A model generated the notes under the pieces. It saw only the letters and a list, made by a program, of their open reading frames with translations. It did not search any database and had not been told where the DNA came from. From an uncultured Thermococci archaeon (GTDB taxonomy: Archaea > Methanobacteriota_B > Thermococci > Thermococcales > Thermococcaceae), in assembly GCA_964615185.1 (NCBI GenBank), contig CAZTOS010000001.1:26479-84362 (forward strand): a stretch of DNA of 57,884 bases, in the 5' to 3' direction. Numbering within the stretch: position 1 is the first letter of the stretch; each line of letters starts with the position of its first letter. The position numbers and the translations under genes are program-made. Of this stretch, positions 1 to 9,478 are shown one piece after another.

Positions 1-11
1 GGGGTGATTAA

Positions 12-281
12 ATGTTTGAAAATCTAAAAGCATTTTTTAAAGGATTTTTTAGTGCATTTAAGGCACAGTCTACGGAATATCTCGAGTTTGAGGAGAGAGA
101 GCTTGAAAATGTGTTTGCACTCGTGCTTATGGGCTCGTTTGTGGGTATACCGTCTCCTCCAACGACCCTTGTTATAAGGCTAATGCCGCATATGGTAAGG
201 GAAATCTATGTAATGCAAAGAAGAGCGGAAGAAATGGATGATATATTTGGTGAAATCGCAGCAATGTTTGAAATAACATGA
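12..281 (+). CDS. Small protein with a central hydrophobic patch, resembling the small partner (cory-CC-star-like) of CstA-ArsA operons
   Basis: GGGGTGA RBS at 1-7; segment ELENVFALVLMGSFVGIPSPP; directly upstream of the ArsA-family gene. Confidence 0.65.
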   Translation: MFENLKAFFKGFFSAFKAQSTEYLEFEERELENVFALVLMGSFVGIPSPPTTLVIRLMPHMVREIYVMQRRAEEMDDIFGEIAAMFEIT

Positions 282-282
282 G

Positions 283-1284
283 GTGATAGCAGTGAAAGAA
301 TACCTTATTCCAAAAGAGGGGTTTAGGGTTTTATTCTTCATAGGAAAAGGAGGGGTGGGAAAAACAACAACTTCAGCAGCAGCAGCTCTTACCCTGGCCA
401 AAAAAGGTTACAAAACACTAATCGTTTCAATAGACCCGGCCCATAATTTGGGTGATGTTTTCATGGTTGAATTAAACAGCAAACCCAAAAGGATAGTAGA
501 AAATCTTTATGCAATGGAGCTTGACATGGAAAAGCTTATTAAAGCCTATTTGAAGCATCTTGAGGAAAATCTAAAGCACATGTATCGGTATCTTACGGTG
601 ATAAATCTTGAGAAGTATTTTGAGGTGCTCAGTTTTTCTCCTGGTATAGAGGAATATGCAACCCTCGAGGCAATCAGAGAGATACTGCAAAGAGGGGACG
701 AATGGGACATTATTGTCTTCGATACTCCTCCCACAGGACTAACTCTGAGAGTGCTTGCTCTACCAAGAATATCCCTGATATGGGCCAACAAGCTGATTGA
801 GGTAAGGAGAAAAATTCTCGAGAGGAGAAAGGCTATAGAAAAAATACAAGGTGAAAGAAAGTTCATCATTGAAGGAGAGGAGTACAAACTACCAAGTGAC
901 GAGGAAGAGGATGCTGTAATGAAAGAGCTCAAAAAGTACAAAGAAGAAATTGAGTTTGTTCATAAAATAATAACAAATCCCAAGAAAACAGCCGTTATAG
1001 CAGTTATGAATCCTGAGATGCTACCCCTTTATGAAACAGAAAGAGCATATGAAAGTCTAAATAAGTTCAAAATACCCTTTAGACTGATAGTTCTCAACAA
1101 GATACTTGAGCTTGAAGAACTATCTTCAAAACTTAAAGTTAAGATTGAAGCCCAGAAGAAAGTCTTAGAGCTCATAAAAAGTAAGTTCAAGGGAGTAGAT
1201 ATAATCAAAATTCCAATGTTTGAAGAGGAACCAAGAGGGTTGAAATGGCTCGAAAAAATAGGAGGAGCAATAATTGGAGATTAG
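283..1284 (+). CDS. ArsA/Get3(TRC40)-family ATPase (true start probably GTG at 292)
   Basis: GKGGVGKTT P-loop, SIDPAHNL switch I, PGIEE, DTPPTG switch II; GAGGTGA RBS at 280-286. Confidence 0.92.
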   Translation: MIAVKEYLIPKEGFRVLFFIGKGGVGKTTTSAAAALTLAKKGYKTLIVSIDPAHNLGDVFMVELNSKPKRIVENLYAMELDMEKLIKAYLKHLEENLKHMYRYLTVINLEKYFEVLSFSPGIEEYATLEAIREILQRGDEWDIIVFDTPPTGLTLRVLALPRISLIWANKLIEVRRKILERRKAIEKIQGERKFIIEGEEYKLPSDEEEDAVMKELKKYKEEIEFVHKIITNPKKTAVIAVMNPEMLPLYETERAYESLNKFKIPFRLIVLNKILELEELSSKLKVKIEAQKKVLELIKSKFKGVDIIKIPMFEEEPRGLKWLEKIGGAIIGD

Positions 1285-1567
1285 CAAGATATATAAGCTT
1301 CTTGAAGATATCAAAGAACCCATAAGCGGCGAAAACATAGTTAAGCTTGGGGTAGTTACCAAGATAGTTAGGGATGATAATAAGATAGTAATTTATCTCG
1401 ATTTAGCCAGAAGAACACCACAAAGCCCATTTGAAATGGCCATTACTTGGACAGTCCATGCAAAAATTGTTAGGGAAATAGCAAAAGTTTTAGAGGACAA
1501 AATCCCTGAATTTGAAATAATTGATAGCATGACGTTACAAAGATACTATCCAGTTGAGGAGGTTTGA
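1274..1567 (+). CDS. DUF59/FeS_assembly_P (MIP18/SufT-like) fold protein lacking cysteine
   Basis: LEDIKEPISGENIVKLGVV matches the DUF59 N-terminal L..v.DP....nIV.LG.V pattern; overlaps the ATPase stop. Confidence 0.65.
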   Translation: MEISKIYKLLEDIKEPISGENIVKLGVVTKIVRDDNKIVIYLDLARRTPQSPFEMAITWTVHAKIVREIAKVLEDKIPEFEIIDSMTLQRYYPVEEV

Positions 1568-1569
1568 AT

Positions 1570-2232
1570 ATGGACATAAAGCTTTCCCCAGAATTTTTAA
1601 TAGTGATCATGGTTTTGGCGGGAGTGGCATCAATTCAGTTCTTCAAAGGACGAAAGCTAAATCTTATGCTGATGCAACATTACCTGAAGGCAATTGAAGA
1701 TATAATAAAGCCAAAAGATAAAGACTATGTGTGGCTTGGTGGGTATATTGGGTTCAGAGCGCACTACAAGGTTAGTGAGGGCAACATAGATAAGTTTGAG
1801 TACACGTTAACCCTTCTCCCGAGACAGAGCATATTTTACATGCCAATTTCAAAGTTAATAAGCAGACATGACAAGCTCTATATCGTTGTCAGGCCATATT
1901 CCCAAATAAAAAGAGAAGCCCACCTAATTCAGAAGCGTTATTACCGCATAAAACCCAAAATTGAAGAAGAGGAGCTTCTCCAGAAGGATTTCATTGAGAT
2001 TGAGGGGAAAGAATATGAGGCTCTCTTTGAAAAACGAAGAGATGTTGAGCTACTTAGAGAATTCCTACAAGGCTTTTCAAAACCAGAAAATGTTAAGCAT
2101 GTTTCACTAACCCCAAAAACAAATGTATTTTACATTCTCATGAAGCCAGAACCAGATACGATAGAAGAGGACATAAGACACATTGTCAGATTTGTTAACG
2201 AAAAGCTGAAGGAAAGCCCCTTTGAACGTTGA
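1570..2232 (+). CDS. N-terminally membrane-anchored hypothetical protein (possible DUF1682/CCDC47-like)
   Basis: GAGGAGGT RBS before ATG 1570; one TM segment FLIVIMVLAGVASIQFF followed by GRKLN and LTLLPRQS. Confidence 0.7.
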   Translation: MDIKLSPEFLIVIMVLAGVASIQFFKGRKLNLMLMQHYLKAIEDIIKPKDKDYVWLGGYIGFRAHYKVSEGNIDKFEYTLTLLPRQSIFYMPISKLISRHDKLYIVVRPYSQIKREAHLIQKRYYRIKPKIEEEELLQKDFIEIEGKEYEALFEKRRDVELLREFLQGFSKPENVKHVSLTPKTNVFYILMKPEPDTIEEDIRHIVRFVNEKLKESPFER

Positions 2233-2240
2233 CTTTCTTT

Positions 2241-3242
2241 TTATGTTTTCATTACATAGAAATATCTGTCAAGGGAAGAGTGAACCCTCTGGTAATGCTT
2301 CTCCAAAACTTTAAATCCAATCTTTTCGGCAATCCTTTTTGCATCAAAATCAGCAGGGAAGGCTATGCTGAGATAACCATCAAGGACTTCATAAATGCTC
2401 TCCAGAGCTTTTTCATACAACTCTTCCCTCCTCCTTCCAGCTAAAGTTGCTGAGGAACCATATGGAGGGTCAGTAGCTACTGCTTCAAAAGTCTTATCTG
2501 GAAAGATTTCTCTAAGCTTGGTTGCATCTCCTTGCTTTAAAACATAGTCTTTAACACCGAAATACTCAAGATTTATCCTTGCTCCTTCAACCATATCCTT
2601 TCGCAAATCAACACCATAAACCTTCAAACCCATTAATCCAGCCTCTATTAAAATTCCTCCAGTACCCATAAAAGGATCAAGAATTTCTCTTCTTGCCCTT
2701 GCTAAATTTACCATAGCCCTCGCAATTCTCGGAGGTAAAGCAATTGGTTTATAGAAAGGCCTTTTATCGGCTTTCCTCTCATCAAAGGTTTTTGCTTTAA
2801 AAAATCTAACCCTAATTCCTACCCATAGCTTTTTTCCACAGTAAACTCTCACAAGAGTGTTGGGATTAGATAAATTTACTCTGAACCCTTGTCTGTAAAT
2901 TATTGCACCAAGCTTTCTTTCGAGATTTTCAACCCTATGAGCGCAATTTCTCATAGTCTCTCTGTCAACTTTGAAAGTCCCAGCTATATATTCACCCCAA
3001 TCAATGTTTTCTGCTTTGGCATAGAGTTCTTTAACGCTCTCTGCTGAAAAAAGCAAAATCCCATATTCATGAGCCATCCCAAGCCTGTCTAAGAAGGGAA
3101 AAGCTCTATCATCACCTTCAATTGCCAGAAGTAGATAATCCTTCTCAGCAATTTCAAATCTTCTATCTGCAAGCTCAAGGAGTGCTTTAACTTCACTTTC
3201 AGCTAAGCTGGGTAAATTTCCAAGGATTTCCACATAAAGCAT
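2241..3242 (-). CDS. trmG10: tRNA (guanine(10)-N2)-dimethyltransferase (THUMP + methyltransferase)
   Basis: [32 protein letters not shown]-binding motif, TDPPYG motif. Confidence 0.88.
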   Translation of the reverse strand: MLYVEILGNLPSLAESEVKALLELADRRFEIAEKDYLLLAIEGDDRAFPFLDRLGMAHEYGILLFSAESVKELYAKAENIDWGEYIAGTFKVDRETMRNCAHRVENLERKLGAIIYRQGFRVNLSNPNTLVRVYCGKKLWVGIRVRFFKAKTFDERKADKRPFYKPIALPPRIARAMVNLARARREILDPFMGTGGILIEAGLMGLKVYGVDLRKDMVEGARINLEYFGVKDYVLKQGDATKLREIFPDKTFEAVATDPPYGSSATLAGRRREELYEKALESIYEVLDGYLSIAFPADFDAKRIAEKIGFKVLEKHYQRVHSSLDRYFYVMKT

Positions 3243-3280
3243 GATAAAAGATTAGAAGAAGCTCTTTTAAAGCTTTTCAG

Positions 3281-4354
3281 CTATCCATAAATCGTTCTTT
3301 TGCTCTTTGTATCAAAGATGTAAATCCTATTCTCCTGAGGTTTCCAGTAGATTTCCCCTCTTGTAACTCTTATCTCCTCTGGAAGTCTAACAACAATCTC
3401 AAGACGTCCATAGCCTATGTGTCCATAGTTCTCAACTCCAAGCTTCTCAACTCCTAAGAGGTTACCTTTCACATAACCCTCTCTTGGAGCTAAGCTGACT
3501 TCTACATGCTGAGGTCTGAATCCTAAGATCGCTTTTTCAGCCTTTGGAACATCATTTGGAAGCTGTAAGGAGAAATACTCAGTTTCAAACAATGTCTTAC
3601 CTTCTTTCTCTACAATACTGCCCTCAATTAAGTTCATTGGAGGACTGCCAACAAATGTTGCAACAAAGGTATTTTTTGGCTTGTAGAAAATCTCGTCAGG
3701 TGTTCCAACTTGCTGAAGAATACCTTTGTTCATGACAGCTATCCTATCTGCCATAGTCATTGCTTCAACTTGGTCATGGGTTACGTAAACAGTTGTAATC
3801 CCCAGCTCATAACTCAACAACTTTTTAAGCTCAAAACGCATTTGAGTCCTGATCTTTGCATCTAAGTTTGAAAGAGGCTCATCTAAAAGAAATACTTGGG
3901 GTTCCCTAACCAATGCCCTTGCCAAGGCTACCCTCTGCTGCTGACCGCCGCTTAATTCACTTGGTTTTCTATTCAACAGCTCTGCAATTCCAAGAAATTC
4001 AGCCACTTCCTTGACTTTTTTAATCCTTTCTTGCTTAGGAACACCAGCCATCCTAAGTGGGAACTCTATATTCCCAAAAACAGTCATGTGAGGATAGAGG
4101 GCATAGCTCTGGAAAACCATTGCAACGTTCCTCTTGGTCGGGTCAATGTCATTGACAAGCTGGTCACCAATCCATATCTCTCCTTCTGTTGGAGTTTCCA
4201 ATCCGGCAATCATCCTTAAGGTTGTTGATTTTCCACATCCACTTGGTCCAAGAAGAACCATGAACTCTCCATCTTTAATTTCAAGGTTGAGATTGTTGAC
4301 GGCAATAACATTGCCAAATTTTTTAGTAACATTTTTCAGCAAAACCCTTGCCAT
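3281..4354 (-). CDS. Sugar ABC transporter ATP-binding subunit (MalK/MsmX-type)
   Basis: GPSGCGKS, VFQSYALYPHM, LSGGQQQR, LLDEPLSNLD, YVTHDQ. Confidence 0.95.
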   Translation of the reverse strand: MARVLLKNVTKKFGNVIAVNNLNLEIKDGEFMVLLGPSGCGKSTTLRMIAGLETPTEGEIWIGDQLVNDIDPTKRNVAMVFQSYALYPHMTVFGNIEFPLRMAGVPKQERIKKVKEVAEFLGIAELLNRKPSELSGGQQQRVALARALVREPQVFLLDEPLSNLDAKIRTQMRFELKKLLSYELGITTVYVTHDQVEAMTMADRIAVMNKGILQQVGTPDEIFYKPKNTFVATFVGSPPMNLIEGSIVEKEGKTLFETEYFSLQLPNDVPKAEKAILGFRPQHVEVSLAPREGYVKGNLLGVEKLGVENYGHIGYGRLEIVVRLPEEIRVTRGEIYWKPQENRIYIFDTKSKRTIYG

Positions 4355-5202
4355 CAGCCTTTCCCTCCTGTGATGACTATACCCCTAATTAGATATTTGT
4401 TCAACACAATGAACAGGATTATTGTTGGGGCAGATGCTACAAGAGACCCAGCAATTATGGGAGTGTACTCTGTCCACATGGACCTCTGGAAGGCAAAACT
4501 TAGTCCTACAGGCAGAGTGAAGTTCTCTGGAGATCTTAAGAAGATTAACGGCCCAATGAAAGCATTCCACGAGCCTAAGAATTGGTAAACTGCAACTGCA
4601 CCTAAGGCAGGTCTTGCAAGAGGCAATGCAATGTAAAAGAATGCTTTTATTGGCCCACATCCATCCAAACGTGCTGCTTCAAAGATTTCATTTGATAGTG
4701 ACATGAAATACTGTCTCATCAAAAATATGCTTGAAACATTGGTCAGGCCCAACAAAGAGAGACCAAAGATATTGTCAATCAGGCCAAGCTTGTAAATTAT
4801 GATGTAGTTGGGAACTAAAGTAACAAACATTGGAATCATCAGCAATGATAGCAGAGCTGAGAATATAGCATCCCTACCAGGGAACTTAAGCCTTGCAAAA
4901 GCATAACCTGCCATGCTTGCAAAAATTACATTACCGGTGACTATAAGTCCAGCGTAAAGCGCTGTATTTCGTATCCATCTGGGGAAAAGCTCCAACCTAA
5001 AGAGCTTCTGGTAGTTTTCAAGGGTAAATGGATTTGGAATCCATTCTGGAGGATAACGAGAGGCTTGAGCCCACGTCATAAATGAGGCAACAAGAGATCT
5101 TATAAAAGGCATCAAATAGACGAATGCAAAGGTTATCAGGACCACATAAGTTATCACAATCCAGATTCTACGAATGAGCTTTTCTCTCTCCTTGGGAGTC
5201 AT
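4354..5202 (-). CDS. Sugar ABC transporter permease (MalG-type)
   Basis: AGYAFARL, EAA loop EAARLDG, multiple TM segments. Confidence 0.93.
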   Translation of the reverse strand: MTPKEREKLIRRIWIVITYVVLITFAFVYLMPFIRSLVASFMTWAQASRYPPEWIPNPFTLENYQKLFRLELFPRWIRNTALYAGLIVTGNVIFASMAGYAFARLKFPGRDAIFSALLSLLMIPMFVTLVPNYIIIYKLGLIDNIFGLSLLGLTNVSSIFLMRQYFMSLSNEIFEAARLDGCGPIKAFFYIALPLARPALGAVAVYQFLGSWNAFIGPLIFLRSPENFTLPVGLSFAFQRSMWTEYTPIIAGSLVASAPTIILFIVLNKYLIRGIVITGGKG

Positions 5203-6140
5203 CTCATAGCCCTCCCATATTTCTTCTGGAAGAGGTAGGTTGTTGTAAAGATTATCGCAAAGAGGAACCAGCTTTTAGCCGCTGCAACTCCAGGTCGTAT
5301 TCTTGTGAATGCTTCGTTATATATGTCCAAAGCAACCGTATACCCAGCTCCTCCTGGTCCACCATTGGCTCCAGCCATTACCCAAGCTAAATCAAACATC
5401 TGAAGTGCTCCAATTAATCCCATAACAACAACATAAACAATCATAGGTCTAAGCATGGGTATTGTTATGAAAAAGAACCTCCTTATTGGGCCAGCTCCAT
5501 CAAGCATTGCTGCCTCATAGATTTCTCTGGGTATTGCTTGCATGGCAGCAAGAAAGGACACCATGAAGTGTCCACTCGTTCCCCAGATAGCAACCATTGC
5601 AATTGCCAAAAGCAGATAATTTCTGTCGTTTATCCAATCTATCGGCTGAAAGCCTGGAATTACATGAGCGAGAGCATAATTGATGAATCCATTTTTCATG
5701 AAAAGCCAAATGAAAATCAAAGCAACGATAACTGAACTTGTTGTTGCTGGTAAAAAGTAAGAAACTTTAAAGAACTGCTGTCCTCTAATTTTCTGATTTG
5801 CAAATGCAGCAAGCACTATTGCCAAAAAAGTTTGAATTGGGACAACTATGGCAGTATAAATCAAAATGTTCTTTAATCCAGTGTAAAAGGGTGAGAGCAG
5901 GTAAGGAGCGCCATGAAATCCTCTGATTAAATCCCTAATCGCAATTTCAAAATTTTTCAATCCTACAAATTGCATTTGACCGATATAGTCCCACTTGAAA
6001 AAGCTCAGGTAAAAGGCAAATATCATTGCAAAGTATCCAAAAATGAGATTTAATATAACTGCAACTGAGATAAGAGATAGACCAGCTACAATCTCCTTAT
6101 TTTTAGCCTTTTCATAAAAAGAAGAAAATTTAGAAAACAT
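5199..6140 (-). CDS. Sugar ABC transporter permease (MalF-type)
   Basis: FVGLKNF, EAA loop IYEAAMLDGA, FFFITIPMLRP; ATG 6140 follows a GGTGA RBS. Confidence 0.93.
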   Translation of the reverse strand: MFSKFSSFYEKAKNKEIVAGLSLISVAVILNLIFGYFAMIFAFYLSFFKWDYIGQMQFVGLKNFEIAIRDLIRGFHGAPYLLSPFYTGLKNILIYTAIVVPIQTFLAIVLAAFANQKIRGQQFFKVSYFLPATTSSVIVALIFIWLFMKNGFINYALAHVIPGFQPIDWINDRNYLLLAIAMVAIWGTSGHFMVSFLAAMQAIPREIYEAAMLDGAGPIRRFFFITIPMLRPMIVYVVVMGLIGALQMFDLAWVMAGANGGPGGAGYTVALDIYNEAFTRIRPGVAAAKSWFLFAIIFTTTYLFQKKYGRAMR

Positions 6141-6150
6141 AAAAGTCACC

Positions 6151-7557
6151 TCAACTGCCTAATTCTTCCTGAACAACTTGCTTCATGACCTCAATAGCTT
6201 CGTCAACAGTTATTTCTCCTCTCATTGCAGATGCCATTGCATCGCTGAATTTTCCTTCAAGGACACCTGACTTGGGACCCCAGAGGAAGACTATAAGCTC
6301 CTTGTACTCTGGGAGGAAGGAGAGAGTCTTTTTGTGCTGCGGCCACATATCAGGATCGTTTTCAAAGCCTTTTATGCTGGGCAGTGTATGACCAGCCTTA
6401 ACAACAAGCTCTTTTTGTCCTTCTGGACCAACGACATATTTAACGAATTTCCAAGCTTCTTTTGGATGCTCGCTCTTTGCATTTATTCCCAAGATTACAG
6501 TGTATGCCATCGTAACCCTTCCCTCTTTTCCAGCCGGAACTGGTGCAATATCCCAGTCCTCACCGTACTTAAAGTCTGGGAACTGGTCTGCTAAGAATGG
6601 AATCATCCAGTTACCGCTTATGACCATAGCCACCTGTTGCTGTCCAAAGGCATCTCCAAGCCATCCGGCACCAACATCACTTGGCTGCACAACATAAGGT
6701 GTCTTTCCTTGCTGCTCTCTCTCAATTTTGCCCTTCTTGTAGAGGTTGATGTACCATGCCAAGGTTTCCTTTACAACCGGATTGTCAAACCATGATGCAT
6801 CTTCCGGCTTCTCAAACCACGGCTTTGGAGCACCATTGCTGACCGCAACGGGGACATATCTGTTAAATCCGCCCAGGTAGATAGCTAAACCTGGTTTACC
6901 GGTTTTGTCAGCAATAATTCTTGCATACTCTTCAAGCTCTTCCCAGGTCTGTGGAGGCCTCGTGAGACCGGCTTGTTCAAACAGTTTCTTGTTGTAGAAC
7001 AAAGCGAGCATGCTCCAGTCCTTTGGTAGGCCATAAAGCTTTCCATTCTTCATGAATGGCTTCAAGAGGAAGGGATAGAACTGATCAATGAAGCTTTTGT
7101 CAGCAAGGTCTGAGACTGGATACAGTGCTCCCTTGTCAATGAAAATCGGTGCCCAGGAACTGTCGACATAGAACACGTCAGGGGCAACCCCAGCTCCAAA
7201 TGATGCCAAGATGTTCTCGTGGAACATCTGAGGAATAACCTCATATTTAACGCCGATGTTTGGATATTTCTGCTCAAATTCATTGATTATCTTTTGATAG
7301 TTTTTCATCTCAGTCTCTCCAGCACTCCAACCGGCAAACCTTATGAAAACCTTTTCCTGCACCTTTGTTTCTGTTTGTATTTTTGTTTCCGTTTGTATTT
7401 TCGTTTCTGTTTTAACCGTTGTCTGTGTTTCAACCTTTGTTGTTGTTACTGTTGTGGGTGTAGGAGAAGTTGTTTCTCCTCCGCCGCCGATACATCCGGC
7501 TGCTACTACCGCTATTAAAAGTACTGAAACCAGAATAAGGCTGTATGCTTTTTTCAT
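6151..7557 (-). CDS. Sugar ABC transporter substrate-binding lipoprotein
   Basis: Lipobox VAAGC, Thr-rich linker, family-1 SBP motifs GKLYGLP, LFYNKKLF, PPQTWEEL. Confidence 0.93.
   Translation of the reverse strand: MKKAYSLILVSVLLIAVVAAGCIGGGGETTSPTPTTVTTTKVETQTTVKTETKIQTETKIQTETKVQEKVFIRFAGWSAGETEMKNYQKIINEFEQKYPNIGVKYEVIPQMFHENILASFGAGVAPDVFYVDSSWAPIFIDKGALYPVSDLADKSFIDQFYPFLLKPFMKNGKLYGLPKDWSMLALFYNKKLFEQAGLTRPPQTWEELEEYARIIADKTGKPGLAIYLGGFNRYVPVAVSNGAPKPWFEKPEDASWFDNPVVKETLAWYINLYKKGKIEREQQGKTPYVVQPSDVGAGWLGDAFGQQQVAMVISGNWMIPFLADQFPDFKYGEDWDIAPVPAGKEGRVTMAYTVILGINAKSEHPKEAWKFVKYVVGPEGQKELVVKAGHTLPSIKGFENDPDMWPQHKKTLSFLPEYKELIVFLWGPKSGVLEGKFSDAMASAMRGEITVDEAIEVMKQVVQEELGS
7364..7414 (-). 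repeat. 18-bp tandem repeat (about 3 copies) encoding TETKIQ/TETKVQ in the SBP linker
   Basis: tttgtttctgtttgtatt / tttgtttccgtttgtatt / ttcgtttctgttt in tandem. Confidence 0.8.
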
Positions 7558-7686
7558 ATGGCCCACCCCATATGGGAGTCTTCAGATTTTTATACTATAA
7601 TCATATTATATAAACTTTTCCTTATTATTTAGAACAATATTTAAATAGTAAAAAATCAGAGTATAATGCAGTAAGAGGTGGTTAAT

Positions 7687-8754
7687 ATGACAACGTCAAC
7701 CGCAGCCCTTATTGAGAAACTCCAAGAATTGGGACTCACAAAAAGGGAAGCCGAAGTTTATCTAACAATATGGACAAAAAATGGGGCAACTGTGAAAGAA
7801 CTCCTTGATTCTCTTGATGTTCATCAACCCCAGCTCTATAACATAATTCAAAGCCTAATACGAAAAGGTTTTGTAAAAGCTTCAGCTGGAAGGCCACGAA
7901 TTTATACAGCAACAGATATTGTGTCTCTTATTGATGTTCATAAGATGAAGCTTGATTTACTGAAAGAAACTCTCAAAGAGGAACTCATGAAGATTAGGAA
8001 CAGAGCTGAGGAGGAGGGACCATATATATCAATTGTAAGAAGCTTCGAAGGTGTAATGTCGAGTGTTATTGAAACAATAAACTCTGCCGAAACTGAGATT
8101 AGAGCGGAGATACCATACAATGTATATAAGGAAATAAAACCATACCTTCTCAGTGCTCTACAGAAGGGGGTTAACTTATATCTTCTCGTATATCCTGGAA
8201 AAGAATCCTTTGAGGAGTTTCATAGATTTAAGGACCAAGTGAAAATAAGAACCTCTGAGCTCGGTAATTTTCTCCTTGTAATTTCAGACCTCTCAGTTGC
8301 CGTTTATTCAAAAAGAAGATTTTTCAGCCCAAACAAGTTACCGCTTTCAAATTCCGAAATCTACGGGTATGAAATTCAAGAAAAGGACTTGCTCCTAAGG
8401 CTGTTAAACATACACAACAACCTATGGAGAAAAGCCAAAGAAATTATCTCTTGGGAGTACAAGCCAGAGATATATCCAAAAACATTTTTGGAATTCTCCA
8501 TGGTATTGGATGAGATAGAGGCACTCTTCAAGTTGGGATATACTCCAATAGTAACTGTGGAAGGAAGAGATGTGAAGGAAGGATTCTCAGTGAGAGTTAT
8601 AGGCAAAGCACGCTCGGTTAATCGTTCTGGAATAATAAGCAATTTTATTCTTGAAACAGAGGAGGGTGAGGTTACAATTGGGGGATTTGATGCTGAAGTT
8701 GAAGACATAGAAGCTCAGCGCGTCATTATAGAAAGAATAGAAAAACAACAATAA
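7687..8754 (+). CDS. TrmB-family sugar-sensing transcriptional regulator
   Basis: N-terminal wHTH (LQELGLTKREAEVYLTI...LIRKGFV) and C-terminal TIGGFDAEVEDIEA; divergent from the ABC operon. Confidence 0.9.
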   Translation: MTTSTAALIEKLQELGLTKREAEVYLTIWTKNGATVKELLDSLDVHQPQLYNIIQSLIRKGFVKASAGRPRIYTATDIVSLIDVHKMKLDLLKETLKEELMKIRNRAEEEGPYISIVRSFEGVMSSVIETINSAETEIRAEIPYNVYKEIKPYLLSALQKGVNLYLLVYPGKESFEEFHRFKDQVKIRTSELGNFLLVISDLSVAVYSKRRFFSPNKLPLSNSEIYGYEIQEKDLLLRLLNIHNNLWRKAKEIISWEYKPEIYPKTFLEFSMVLDEIEALFKLGYTPIVTVEGRDVKEGFSVRVIGKARSVNRSGIISNFILETEEGEVTIGGFDAEVEDIEAQRVIIERIEKQQ

Positions 8755-8764
8755 AGGAGGGATC

Positions 8765-9475
8765 TTGGTGAAAGCAGCAATAATCTGGGATTTCGATGGT
8801 GTTTTAGTTTTTACTCCTCACGAAGAGGCATGGAGAAAAGCGGCTGAACATTATGGTGTTAAAGATTTTGACCATGATTTTTTTGTTAATTATGTCTCCG
8901 GTAAGCCGCGATATGAAGGTGCTGATAATATTTTGAGATTAAAAGGTGTCTATGAGCGATTTGGAGCATACACAGAAAGAGAAAGACAAAAACTTCTTCA
9001 TGAATTTGCTGAATTCAAAAACAAACTTGTAAATGAAATGTTCGATAAGGGAGAATACGGCATTAACAATGGGGCAATAAAATTCCTCATAGAAACAAAA
9101 AAAGCTGGTGTTAAGCATGCTTTAGCTTCTGCCTCAAAGAATGCACCAAAGCTTGCTCAAAAAATTAAACTCAATATTGATGGAGAAGAAAAAACCCTTC
9201 TTAACCTTTTTGATGTTAATGTGAGTGGATTAGCACCCACCAAAAAAGCTGTATTTGAGCTGGCAACTCAGGAACTCAGAGCCAAATTCCCAGAACTTGA
9301 TATCTTCATTGTTGTTGAAGACTCTCCTACTGGAGTGAAGGTTGCAAAAGAACTTGGGATTTTCACTCTTGGATATGAAAGGGAGGCAAAGCTTGATGCT
9401 GATTTAACATTCAAAGATTTCAACGAAATTAATTGGGAAAAAATTTTGAAGCTGCTAAAAAAGAAGGAGGAGTGA
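8765..9475 (+). CDS. HAD-superfamily hydrolase, probable beta-phosphoglucomutase
   Basis: DFDGVL motif I, HEEAWR, GKPRYEG, ASASKNA, VEDSPTGV; adjacent to the GH65 gene. Confidence 0.82.
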   Translation: MVKAAIIWDFDGVLVFTPHEEAWRKAAEHYGVKDFDHDFFVNYVSGKPRYEGADNILRLKGVYERFGAYTERERQKLLHEFAEFKNKLVNEMFDKGEYGINNGAIKFLIETKKAGVKHALASASKNAPKLAQKIKLNIDGEEKTLLNLFDVNVSGLAPTKKAVFELATQELRAKFPELDIFIVVEDSPTGVKVAKELGIFTLGYEREAKLDADLTFKDFNEINWEKILKLLKKKEE

Positions 9476-9478
9476 GGC

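Noticed and set aside
283..1284. Arsenical pump ATPase (arsenic resistance)
   Set aside because: Single domain, no cysteines, and no ars permease, regulator or reductase nearby.
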